A DNA stretch of 64,000 nucleotides, from contig OX597838.1 in the NCBI GenBank assembly GCA_951406725.2, forward strand, positions 33,852,001 through 33,916,000, read 5' to 3'. A program made the position numbers and the translations under genes. Shown in pieces: positions 25,294 through 38,570 of this stretch. Source of the stretch: Octopus vulgaris. Taxonomy: Eukaryota. Within the stretch, counting starts at the first letter, position 1; each line of letters starts with the position of its first letter. The notes under the pieces are model-generated. The model had not been told where the DNA came from. It ran no database searches and saw nothing but the letters and a program-made list of their open reading frames with translations.

Positions 25294-26267
25294 TATATAT
25301 ATATGTATATATATATATCTACAAGTTTGGTCTAAAACAGAAAAAAACAACCCCTTAAATACTCCTGAAAATATTGACAGTTCCCATTAAGAGCATCAGA
25401 CCCCTTAACTAACATTTACTAAATGATGATCATGCAGTAAATCATAGAAAAAAAAAAAAAGGGGTCTGTGAATTTTATTTGTTGAATTAACAACTTATTG
25501 TTGTTTTGCTGGAGAAACTGATATTATTGCTTCCCCTGCTATCACATGAGGATCATAGACAATTTGTATCCTCTCAACCACCAACTGACAGACTCTCCTG
25601 TCACCTCTCCATCTCTGATGCTGTCTTGCACAGTCCAGTGTTACACTAAAAGTCATCTTTAAAGCCAAGAGGAAACCTCAGAATGCGAATCCTTGTTCAT
25701 ATAAACATCTATACATATGTATTAATATGAATATGTGTACACACACACACAAATTTTCATTTTACTGCTTGATTCAAGCCATTGTAGTTCTGGCCATGCT
25801 GGGACATTCCAGTGCATAATTTACAACAACACAAAACACACACAAACAAACAAACACAAATACACAACCACACACACACAATATGGTCGCAGAGAGAAAT
25901 ATTAAGGAAAAAAAAAATATTTTTCAATCATTTTTTTTCCACCACCCCGCACTTTCTTTTTGTGAAAATAACAAAAAAAAATTGAATAAATAATAATGAT
26001 AAACAAATAAAACTATAATTGGGCTCAAAAAAACCAAACCTTTTTACAAAATTTTTATCAAAAAAACGTCTCTAGAAGATTCATATCAGAAACTACTTTT
26101 TGTTCAAGACAGATTTCTGTCTGTCTGTCAGATTGGTCTTTCAATGGTTGCAAACCATTATTTTGTACAAATATTAGGTTTGCTGTTTTTATTTTTCATT
26201 GCATTTTTTTTTTTTCCTTTTTTTATTCTAAAATGAATATTTAATTGTTAAGAATCATAGAATTATA

Positions 26268-26304
<37 letters not shown>

Positions 26305-26491
26305 TATTATTATTATTATTACTATTATTATTATTATCATCCTCGTTGTTGTGTTGACGAGTGTTGAATATTTCATTGTTAATCAGCATCTTCCCCCCAC
26401 CCCCCAATGTCAATCTATACACCGTCAACATAAAATGTATTATATCATCAAATATTATAAATATACCGTACACCATGGCGTTTATACATAC

Positions 26492-26530
<39 letters not shown>

Positions 26531-27574
26531 CACACACTATATATATATATACATATGTTTGTGTGTGTATATATATGTATATATATATATCAATTATCAT
26601 TTGCTCATAGGTGTTTCCGATATATATGTATGTCTGTGTGTGTGTGTGTTCGTGTGTGCATGTGTGCGTGTATATGAGCAGACATATGCATATATATATG
26701 TATGTATTCATGTATGTATATGTATGTATATTTATATATATATATATATAAACATATATGTGCATGTATATATATACATGCATATATATATATATGTATA
26801 ACATCAATAAGCATATTTATATATAAGTGATAGAAGTATATATATATATATATGAATATATATACATATATTTATCTACACACACACACATACACACACA
26901 CAAACACACACATATATACACACACACTATGCACATACTCAATACCTAGAAATGATATTGTTTAAAATATTGAAACCGTAAACCTTCTTATCCAAAGAAT
27001 ATTCAATAATATTTTCGTAATATTTTCTTTTCACCTTTTCTTCATCCATCTCCTCATATTTTTAGTCATTTAATATATCTTTAAATATTCTTTTCCGAAT
27101 ATCAACCCTGGACCTTTCTTCCTGTGGTTTTGTCCTCATTGACCTGGCCCCTAAAAATATTTCAACAGTTTGTTATTTCCCCACACCTAATTTTTTTGGT
27201 ATATTTCGGTATTTTTTTTTTCTCTCTACTGTTATGGAATGATTAACTCGTCATTCTGTTCTTTAATGAATTGTTGTTAATTACAACTACAACAACAACA
27301 GCAGCAAGAACAACAATTCCAGTCACAACTTTGTTGTGTCCTTCCTGTTGTGGAAAGAAAGAACAAAAAAAAACAACAACAAAAAACCCCAGAAAAAAAC
27401 AGAAAAAAAACAAACAATAATGATGTTTACTTTTGCTTCTTGTAGAATATTATCTGTATGGTGATGTAAATGTTTAAAAAAAAAATATACATATATAATA
27501 AAACAAAAAAAAAAAATATTATCTATCTAGCGGTGCTCCAGCATGACACCAGCCCACTGGCTGATATTAGTAGA

Positions 27575-28420
<846 letters not shown>

Positions 28421-28828
28421 ATGCATATTGTATGTATATGTGAATTATTATTTTGTTGTCTCTTCATGTTAATAAATATTGGTAATGCAAGCGTTATTCT
28501 TATATGAATTCTTTCAGTAAAAGTTCCATAAGATATCCAGAAGATGGCTTTATTTGTTTCAGTACGGTTCACCATTTTTAAAGGTTGGTTCCAGCTGCCC
28601 TGCGTATATTGAACCCAGATGCATTTGAATTCTCATCGCAGTAATGGTTTCATTCTTCATCATTCTCTCGGCTACACATGTGAAGAGACTGAGAGATTCA
28701 GGTTGTTCAATCAGGGTATACTCACCCCTCTCATCCATTTTACTGGTGAGCAAGAACCTCCCTTTCCAACTGGAGATGAGAGCATGGCCTGAAAGGAAAC
28801 TGGCTTCAGTCCTTTCAGTTGTATCCTT

Positions 28829-29107
28829 CGTGGGATGACGTCAGCAACTGGGGAGCTGACCAGAACTTGGGGCTGACAGGAAGGGGCAGGAGCGACGCGC
28901 ACGCAGCGAGGGCAGCATTCTGCCTTTTCGAGGCAGGTCACCGAGCGGGTAAGACGGGGTCAGCACGTTGTTAAGGTAGGGGAGAAGCAGCTGCTATTTC
29001 TAGCATTCGGGTCGGGCTGTGTTGAGGGATCCATTACCGCTGAAGGGTCTCCATCAGAGCAAAGAGAAGGTAGGGGCCTTTATTTCGAATCTCTCGCATA
29101 CACCACA
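28829..29107. mobile_element. Solo LTR with 5-bp TSD TCCTT
   Basis: (c)gtggg...ccaca termini, tcctt on both sides, homologous to 36321-36597; AATAAA on the minus strand. Confidence 0.88.
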
Positions 29108-29807
29108 TCCTTAACACTAGCTGGGTGTGTGGCATGTCAGGAACAAGTAGCCTCTTTGATATGTGTGATGTTGAGAACATGTTGCACACTTAGGGGTGGT
29201 TGGTTTCATTGGCGTATAGTGGTTCTTGTGCTGCCACATGTGGTGTCACCAAATTTCAAGCAGGGGTATAACAAAAGTTTTCCATTAAGATTTGTGATTA
29301 AATTAACAAATGAGGTCAGTATTTATAATGAATTTGCCATTTTTGATGGGTGTGCAGTGCACACCTAGCACACGCAGAATATACACCCCTGGTTGGTGTG
29401 CTTTGGTCATCACCTGGTGCCCTGTTCTCACCTCAGACTCCAAGAAGCTGTTCGCATGCAACAGTGGCCACACCCTTGTAAACTACTTTGATTGACCGGC
29501 TAAACAAGGTGAGAGCAGCCGATGGGTATAGAACTCTTGGTGAGTTAGGGTTTGCCTATTCATGCGTGTGAAGACTGGAATCGGGGGACTTTGTGGAAAA
29601 AAACCCTTCATGGCTCAACACAGAGGATGGCAGCTGCAGCAATACATTGTGGGATGCAGAGAGAAAGATGAAGAAAATAAGACATCTTGGTCACTGGATG
29701 ACCGTTGCCAGAGCAGCAAACTGGCTTCCGTGCTGGTGGTACTTAAAAAGCACCATTCGAGCATGATCGTTACCTGCGTTGCCTTACTGGCACTTGTGCT
29801 GGTGGTA

Positions 29808-30211
29808 CTCTCTTTACGCTTTACTCTTTTACTTGTTTCAGTCATTTGACTGCGGCCATGCTGGAGCACCGCCTTTAATCGAGCAACTCGACCCCGGGAC
29901 TTATTCTTTGTAAGCCCAGTACTTATTCTATCGGTGTCTTTTGCCAAACCGCTAAGTGATGGGGACGTAAACACACCAGCATCGGTTGTCAAGCAATGCT
30001 AGGGGGACAAACACAAACACACACATACACACATATATATACATATATACAATGGGCTTCTTTCAGTTTCCGTCTACCAAATCCACTCACAAGGCATTGG
30101 TCGGCCCGGGGCTATAGTAGAAGACACTTGCCCAAGATGCCATGCAGTGGGACTGAACCTGGAACCATGTGGTTGGTTAGCAAGCTACTTAACAGACAGC
30201 CACTCCTGCGC
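29808..30211 (-). mobile_element. SINE family A
   Basis: Reverse complement of the full family A consensus. Confidence 0.9.
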
Positions 30212-31246
30212 GTGAAAAAACATTGTTAATTATTAAATTAACAATCTTTTACCCTATATCTATAATATATATCATCATCATCATCATCATCGTTTAACGT
30301 CTGCTTTCCCTGCTAGCATGAGTTGGACGATTTGATTGAGGACTGGTGAGCCAGATGGCTGCACCAGGTTCCAATCTGATCTGGCAGAGTTTCTACAGTT
30401 TGATGCCCTTCCTAACACCAACCACTCTGAGAGTGTAGTGGGTCTTTTACATTCCACCAGCACGAGGGCCAATCAGGCAGCACTGGCAATGGCCACGTTC
30501 AAATGGTGCTTTTTATGTGCCACTTGCACAGGAGCCAGTCCAGCGGCACTGGCAATGGCCTCGCTCGAATGTTTTTTCATGTACTGCCAGCACAAGTGCC
30601 AGTAAGGTGACGTTGGTAATGATCATGCTCGAATGGTGCTTTGTAAGTACCACCGGCACAGAAGCCAGTTTGCTGCTATGGCAACGGTCGTGCTCGGATG
30701 GTGCTCTTAGTGCTCCACTAGCACGGATGCCAGTCATCGAATTAGATTTCGATTTCACTTGCCTCAACAGGTCTTCGCAAGCAGAGTGTAGTGTCCAATG
30801 AAAGAAAGGTACACATAAGTGGGCTGGTTACACCCCTGGCATAGACCATGAGGTTATGGTCTCGGCTTGCCGGGTCTTATTGGTACTTATTTTATTGACC
30901 CTGAAAGGATGAAAAGCATAGTTGACTTCAGCTGAATTTGAACTGAGAATGTAAAGACAGAGGAAATGCCGCTAAGCATATTGCCTGGTGTGTTAACAAT
31001 TATGCTCGTTTGCCGCTTTACCTTGTAATTAAATATTTAAATAACAGAAGAGATTTTATCTGCCATGTTTATAGATTCTGGGCCAGCCATGACCCTCTAG
31101 TAGATAATTTCTAACTGAAAGAGAACACTAGAAAATTATGGGGAGGGGTTAGTACTTGACTGGTGACCCCAGAATAATGAAAGGTGAAGCTAACCCAGAA
31201 GGAATTTGAACTCAGAAAGTAGAGCTCTGATAAATACTGTTTTTGG

Positions 31247-31304
<58 letters not shown>

Positions 31305-31387
31305 AACAACTGCTGCTGCTGCTGCTGCCACTACCACCATTACTAAAAACACAATTCTTAGAATGTAATTGAACACATTGTAATTGG

Positions 31388-31830
31388 ACACATTGAAACT
31401 CCGACGTCTGGCAGCTGACCTGGCAGACACCCATAAAATCATCAACCATCTTACAAACAATAACTCCGAGCACCTTTTCAAACTCTGCCTGTCTAACACC
31501 CGTGGACATATTTACAAAGTCAGAAAACAGCACAGCTCCCATGACTTCAGGAAACATTTTTTCACGCTGAGAGTTGCTGAAGCATGGAACAAACTGCCGG
31601 CATCGGTTGTTAGTTGTCGGAGCACTGCATCCTTCAACACTTCCATGCTTCCAGAGATTCGCCAACACTACACCTGATTTTCTCCCCTCCATACACACAC
31701 AGGCATGTATCTGACTCATACATTGTTCGCTTTCCAGACATTTGTACATTACTGCATGTACTTTATATGCACTTTCTGACAAGTTGTGGTGCACCTGAGC
31801 ACTGTATACAATAATTTCATTATTATTATT
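31388..31830 (+). mobile_element. CR1-clade LINE, 5'-truncated 3' end
   Basis: LKLRRLAADL...NTRGHIYKV...RKHFFTLRVAEAWNKLP, then 3'UTR and (att)n tail. Confidence 0.9.
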
Positions 31831-32031
31831 ATAATTATGATTGATAATGGATTCTTCATTGATCTCAATGAAGAGGCGGTTTCTGTTGTCCAGCCTTACT
31901 TGGGAAATACTTAAGGTGGCAGAATATTCCACAGCATAGGTGTACCCATAATGCAATTATCTAACCAAATCAGCGTGGCACCTTGTGACATGTTGTGACA
32001 ATACTGAACATTTGAAATCATCATTATCATC

Positions 32032-32263
32032 TATTTCTTTACTACCCACAAGGGGCTAAACACAGAGAGGACAAACAAGGACAGACAAACGGATTAAGTC
32101 GATTATATCGACCCCAGTGCGTAACTGGTACTTATTTAATTGACCCTGAAAGGATGAAAGGCAAAGTCGACCTCGGCGGAATTTGAACTCAGAGCGTAGC
32201 GACAGACGAAATACCACTAAGCATTTCACCCGGCATGCTAACGTTTCTGCCAGCTCGCCGCCT
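32032..32263 (-). mobile_element. SINE family B long-tail. Similar copies at 33252-33490(+), 43326-43557(-), 44225-44445(-), 50255-50480(-), 52680-52892(-), 58565-58795(+)
   Basis: Consensus head, core and tail. Confidence 0.88.
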
Positions 32264-34039
32264 TATTATCATCATCATCGTTTAACCTCCGCTTTCCATG
32301 CAGGAATGGGTTGGACAGATTGACTGAGGACTGGTAAGCCAGTAGGCTGCACCAGGCTCCAATCTGATCTGGCAAGATTTCTACAGCTGGATGCCCTTCT
32401 TAACACTAGCCACTCCGAGAGTGTAGTGGGTGCTTTTTACGTTCCACTGGCACAGGAGCCCTTCGGGGGGCACTGGTATTTACCCCATTCGGGTGGTACT
32501 TTTTATTTACCACCGGCATAGGGAACCAGTCAGGCAGCACTGGCATCGACCCATGCTTGAACGGTGCTTATTATGTGCCACGAGCATGGGGGAGCCAGTC
32601 AGGTGGCACCGGCATCAACCACAATTACGATTTCCATTTTGATTTTGATTTTACTTGACTCAATAGGTCTTCTCAGGTGCAGCGTATCGCTCGACAATTC
32701 AAGAGTACTTTTAAATGGGCTGGTTATGCAACAATGGTATCGGCCATGGCTATGATCTCACTTTACTTGCCAGGTCTTCTCAATCACAGCATATCTCCAA
32801 GGGTCTCTGTCTGTAAGGCCCAACCTATTGCTACTTTCTCTTATGGCAGGATTCTCTGCATCATAAAATGGGCAAGCTATGCACCTTCACAACCAGGTAT
32901 TATTTCATAGCTTAAAGATATTAATGATGCGATTATTTATATTTAGACATTGTAAGGTAGGTGTGAGAGGCTGGATCTGGCCAGTTTGAACATAAAACAG
33001 GTAGAATATTTGGGCCAGACATGACTGGTTTAAATGCTAAAGGGTTTAAAACAGCAAGTTGGAGCTGCGTTGGTCAGGCTGGGATCAAAAGGGTTAAAGC
33101 TGTTCCAGCTGTGACCATCCTCCCTTAAGCACATTGCACCAAGGTTCACATTATTCAGTCTGGTCTTCCCTTCTTTTAACCCAAAGCAGCTGAGACCATC
33201 TCTTTTTATTCTATCTTTTCCATACATAATGCATCTGGGGTTTCATTATTTTAAGGTGGCGAGCTGGCAGAATCGTTATCATGCCGGGCGAAATGCTTAG
33301 CAGTATTCCGTCTACCGCTAGGTTGTGAGTTCAAATTCTGCCAGGGTCGACTTTGCCTTTCATCCTTTCGGGGTCGATAAATTAAGTACCAGTTACTCAC
33401 TGGGGTTAGTATTACCGACTTAATCCGTTTGTCTGTCCTTGTTTGTCCTCTCTGTGTTTAGCCCCCTTGTGGGTAATAAAGAAATAGGTACTTGGTCTAC
33501 CATTAGGTTCCGAGTTCAAATTCCATCGAAGTTGACTTTGCCTTTCATCCTTTCGGGGTCGACCCGAAAAGATCCAAGTCATGTTCCAACACCTTAAACA
33601 GCAATTTCATGGAGTTATTCCCCTTTAATAGCTGCAGTTCAGAGCAGAAAATGAGCGAAACCTCAGCAGCTGACATTTACACTCAACGTTACACACTCTG
33701 TGTATGTGTGAGTATATACACTTATTTATTCTATCTATCTGTGTGTGTGTATGTGTATAGACATGTATAAGTGCGAGCGTGTTTGTGTGTATGTGTATAT
33801 ATATATAATATAATAAGAGTAAATAATAGTTTTTAAAAAAAACCAACAATTATTTACGGGTAGATTTCGGCAGGTAAATATAACCATTAATGGTAGGAAC
33901 TTTTCTAAAAAAAGTTCAATATATATTTTTGTATATAAATAAAAGGGGAAGGCAACAGGTTGTTTAGCCACATACCGAAAAATTAGAAATAGCAGTCAAA
34001 GACCGTTTATTTCTATTTTTACAAACGAGACTCCACATA

Positions 34040-34598
34040 GGAACTCCTATCTTGCCCAGGATATCAATCGTCTGGAAGCCGTTCAGTAACGTGCAACCAA
34101 AAGAATACCCTCCATCAGGCATTTGCCATATTCTGAACGCCTTACTTCCCTGGGCATGAACACATTGAAACTCCGACGTCTGGCAGCTGACTTGGCAGAC
34201 ACCCATAAGATTATCAACCATCTTACAAACAATAACTCTGAGCACCTTTTCAAACTCCATCTGTCTAACACCCGTGGACATGTTTACAAAGTCAGAAAAC
34301 AGCACAGCTCCCATGACTTCAGGAAACATTTTTTCACGCCGAGAGTTGCTGAAGCATGGAACAAACTGCCGGCATCAGTTGTTAGTTGTCGGAGCATCCT
34401 TCAAAACTTCCATGCTTCCTGAGATTCACCAACACTACACCTGATTTTCTCCCCTCCATACACACACAAGCATGTATCGGACTCATACACTGTTTGCTTT
34501 CCAGACATTTCTACATTACTGCATATACTTTATATGCACTTTCTGACAAGTTGTGGTGCACCTGAGCACTGTATACAATAATTTCATTATTATTATTA
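34040..34598 (+). mobile_element. CR1-clade LINE 3' end, inserted into the left arm of a fold-back element (33940-34780)
   Basis: YLAQDINRLEAVQ*RATKRIP...PYSERL...TRGH...WNKLP; same family as 31388. Flanks 33940-34037 and 34680-34780 are reverse complements. Confidence 0.9.
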
Positions 34599-34777
34599 TA
34601 TACGACATATCCCTGTAATTCACATATGCAAACCAGAAGGAAGAAATAACGAAAGCAAAGTCTAAGGGATATGTCGTACGTGGGGTTTCATTTGTAGAAA
34701 ATAGAAATAAACAGTCTTTGACTGCTATTTCTAATTTTTCGGTATGTGGCTAAGCAACCTGTTGCCTGCCCCTTTTA

Positions 34778-34836
<59 letters not shown>

Positions 34837-34856
34837 TATATATATAAGTGTATGTA

Positions 34857-35855
34857 CCGTAAATCCTCGTGTATAACCCGCATTTTTCCTACAAAATTTA
34901 AAGGTCAAAATCCCTAGTGCATACTATATAGGAGGTTAAGAATGAAAAATATTTTCTAAGCAATGTCCGAGTCTCTATTTGCTGTCCGGTAATGTTTATT
35001 CAGGCGCATTTTATGATGTCGGGCGCGAAAATACCTTAAGCTAAGCCTGAAAGCAATGAAGTCATAAAGTGATTTATGGACTGAATGGCTGTCGACTGGA
35101 GAAACGTCGTTCACTAAAGGTGGAAGGAAGGGTTCGCGCTCCCGACCTGACTTTGATATGCAAATGGATCGTATATGCATGGAATGAACTTGATCCTCAG
35201 ATTATTGTGAAAAGTTTTATCAAATGTTGTATATCGTCTGCGTCAAATGTTGTATATCGTCTGCATCCAATGTTGTATATCGTCTGCATCAAATGTTGCA
35301 TATCGTCTGCATCAAATGTTGTATATCGTCTGCACTGAATGGTACTCAGGATGACGTTGTATGGAAAGATGAAATAAATGAAAGTGAATCTTCTGATGTT
35401 GACTATGAATCTGACGATGACGGAGATTCACACTACAATGATGCTGACATGTTTACGAAGGGGACAAATGGAACAGTTATTTGATGCTGAAAGTGACGTT
35501 GAATTTGAAGGATTTGAATAATTGCTTTTGCTTTTGTAACTGATAGTGATAAATATGTAAAGGCAATTTACTTAATATATATATTTCACTGACGTTATTA
35601 CTGTTATTTCTTTATTTTCTGCAAACAAAATGCACAAAAATAGCTACACGTTTGCATTATGTTATATGTACAATAATAATAAAGGACGTTACCGTATACA
35701 TTTTTACAAACCAAGGATGTTATATAGACCTCCTTGACTCAAGTTAGAGAAGGGGTGCGTATTATACTCAAGGTTTAGGTTTTACAGAGGTACAGCCCCC
35801 CTAAAAATCCCTTGCGTATTATACTCAAGGGCGGATTATACTCGAGGATTTACGG
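34857..35855 (+). mobile_element. pogo/Tigger-like DNA transposon, internally deleted
   Basis: TA|ccgtaaatcctcgtgtataacccgc ... gcggattatactcgaggatttacgg|TA. Transposase C-terminal relic RAPDLTLICKWIVYAWNELDPQIIVKSFIKCCISSALNGTQDD plus acidic tail. Confidence 0.9.
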
Positions 35856-36320
35856 TATGTATGCATGTATATCATGTGATATATCAGACCATTGGATGTT
35901 GTTATACATCACTGGTTACAATGTGCTTAGCATAGACTTTTAGGTTTCAAACGATGCCACCCAGCTAGTTAAGTGAACAGAACAACATTCTCCCTGATGA
36001 GAAGGAAGGAGTTTGACACTGTTGCTCTCTTTTGAGTTTTCCTGCCATTATATCAGTTCAGCTGGGACCTTGGAGAACAGGTCAAGCTGCTCTCTTGAAA
36101 ACATCACACGTGACCGTCATCCATCTTTCTTTTTCCTCAAGTGATAATCTTTCTTTTGTTTCAGGGCTGCCCTAGAAGCTTGCTGTGTCTTATCTTTCTC
36201 TCTCTTCTATATTTTCTCCTGTCAAAGAAAATATTTCTCCAGCATTTTCTAGTTTCCCCTCGTTCTGGTCTAACAACCCTCCATGTTTGTTTTCATTTGG
36301 TTTCCTTGTATGTAAAAAGC

Positions 36321-36597
36321 TGTGGGATGACATCAGCAGCTGGGGAGCTGACTGGAACTTGGGGCTGACCGGAAGGGGCAGCCAGGACGTGCGTGCAGCG
36401 AGTGGGGATTTCTGCCTTTTCAACTCGGGTCGTCGCAGGGTTAAGACAGGTGATCATGTTGTTAAGGTTGGATGAAGCAGCTGCTATCTCTAGCGTTCGG
36501 GTCGGGCTGTGTCGAAGGATCCGTTACCGCTGAAGGGTCTCCATCAGAGAGAAGAGAAGGTAGGTGCCTTTATTTCGAATCTTTCACACACACCACA
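36321..36597. mobile_element. Solo LTR with 5-bp TSD AAAGC
   Basis: TGtgg...ccaCA termini with aaagc on both sides. Confidence 0.9.
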
Positions 36598-36929
36598 AAA
36601 GCCACTTGGTACAAATTGATCTTGAACCCTGTCATGCATGCACGCTAAGTGATAGTGTTCTTGCTCACTTCTGTTGTATATAGCAGTGCTTGGAAGCAAA
36701 GTATGTAGAGTGTGGTCATCTCACCACACAGAGGTTCTATCAGTGACCATGACAGAGAAAATGTGTGCAAATACATATGTGTGTGTGTGTGCATGAGTGT
36801 ATAGAAAGAGATACGGCTTGAAGGTTATTGACCCCTTGCAGATGGATTTAGTACTGACAGTCTGTGCTCCGGTATTTTGCCATTCATTAACTACATCATT
36901 TTTCATGCAAGGTATTTTACAGAGTATTT

Positions 36930-37162
36930 TAAGGTGGTGAGCTGGCAGAAATGATAGCACGCCAGGCGAAATGCTTATCGGTATTTCGTCTGCGGTTACA
37001 TTCTGAGTTCAAATTCCGCCGAGGTTGACTTTGCCTTTCATTCTTTCGGGGTCGATTAAATAAGTACCAGTTAGGCACTGGGGTCGATATAATCAACTTA
37101 ATCCGTTTGTCTGTCCTTGTTTGTCCTCTCTGTGTTTAGCCCCTTGTGGGTAGTAAAGAAAT
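36930..37162 (+). mobile_element. SINE family B long-tail with 20-bp TSD
   Basis: aggtattttacagagtattt at 36910-36929 and 37163-37182. Confidence 0.92.
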
Positions 37163-37180
37163 AGGTATTTTACAGAGTAT

Positions 37181-37885
37181 TTACAGATTCATCTCAGTGT
37201 GGAATATTTGAAGACATGGTGCTGCACAGAGCAAGACATCGCACTGCTCACACACACAGTCTTTCGATGTGGTCAGTACTGCTTCACGTCTGCAAGGGGT
37301 TAAGGCCAAGAATCTTTCCAAAAATCTAACCCCACTTGAAAAGTGTGGTGTTATGAGCCAGGCTGTGTTGTTGGGAAGGATCAGAAGTGAGGGAGTAGGC
37401 ATGCCCTGTCAGAAGTGGGAGCTGTGGATCCCACTGGAAGTGCCATGGTGGACATGCGGCCTCAGTGAAACACGAGGGATGGCGGTCACAGAGGGAGCGG
37501 TGCCCTCCTCTCTGGTTGGCTGATTACGAGACAAGTTAAGACTTGTGGTTGAAGTTGAGAAGAGGGCGTGGCCAGGTTGGTTGAATGATCTTCAGATCGT
37601 TGGGGATGGGTGGTGGCATGTGGTGTTATGAGCCAGGCTGTGTTGTAGGGAAGGATCAGAAGTGAGAGAGTAGGCATGTCCTGTCGGAAGTGGGGCCTGT
37701 TGATCCCACTGGAAGTGCCTTGGTGGACATGTGGCACCAGCGAAGCATGAGGGGCCAATTGGCGGCAGACAGCACATCAGGGTGGACGTGTGAGATTGCA
37801 CAGCGACGGATAGCGCATGTAGACGTGGAGTGAACCTTGGACATTGAGAGAGCACGTGGATGTTGAAAGCGACCCTTTTTCCGGA
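37181..37885 (-). mobile_element. piggyBac (PGBD4-like) transposase C-terminal relic with an internal duplication
   Basis: CEQCDVLLCAAPCLQIFHTEMNL* resembles the piggyBac Cys-rich domain; upstream AFNIHVL and WLITPHF motifs; ~130-bp duplication at about 37343-37470 and 37619-37745. Confidence 0.75.
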
Positions 37886-37914
37886 TTGACAGGTAAGACT
37901 ACCATAATTCTCTC

Positions 37915-38179
37915 TTTGCTTCTGTCTTTTTTTTTTCTCTTTACATCACAAAAGGAATAAGATTTCAAGATGTTGAGGAAATCCAAGAAAATGCGATGAG
38001 GCAGCTGCTTGTTATCCCCAAAATGGAATTCTAGGAATGTTTCTGTTGATGGAAACAACACAAGATAAAGTGTGTGACTTCAAAAGGGAGCTACTTTGAA
38101 GGAGATAGAATACTGAATTGATACATGCTGTAGTTTGCTTTTTATAGCACCTGTCCAGATGCTGTTTGATCAGACCTTG
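37915..38179 (+). mobile_element. mariner transposon 3' relic
   Basis: KGIRFQDVEEIQENAMRQL...KCVTSKGSYFEGD, followed by TIR-like ...tttgatcagaccttg|TA. Confidence 0.85.
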
Positions 38180-38185
38180 TATATG

Positions 38186-38570
38186 TTAGTTAGTTAGTTA
38201 ATTTTTTGGCTCAAAAAGCAAAAAGCAAGGCCATGTAGGGGGACATGGAGTTATGTACAGGGTGGTGTTCATGTAAAGAGTTCAGGCCACTTGTGGTCAA
38301 GGGAGACTTTGAACCGAGCGGTCGTTGGCATCCTCACCATCTCGTCCGGCAGCTTATTCCACGGATCCGCAACCCGGACGGAGAAAGCCCCTCTCTTTCG
38401 ATTAAGATGAAATCGTCACAGATAGAGCTTTTCGGAATGACCCCTCAGCCGACGCTCTGGAGCAGGAGTGAAGAACAGCTCTTTCGAGAGGTTACACTTT
38501 CCGCTTATGATGTGAGCAAGAATGAGATCACCACGGCGTGCGTTGTTTTTCTAGAGAATAAAGGTCGAGC
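38186..38570 (-). mobile_element. Second CR1-type LINE family, 3' end with (TAAC)n tail
   Basis: RGDLILAH...LRGHSEKLYL...GAFSVRVADPWNKLP...RFKVSLD on the minus strand. Confidence 0.85.

Noticed and set aside
31111-31956. 281-aa ORF, the longest in the track
   Set aside because: It is the antisense of a CR1 fragment plus (TAG)n and SINE sequence.
28829-36597. One 7.8-kb LTR retrotransposon
   Set aside because: Each LTR has its own distinct TSD and no gag-pol lies between them.
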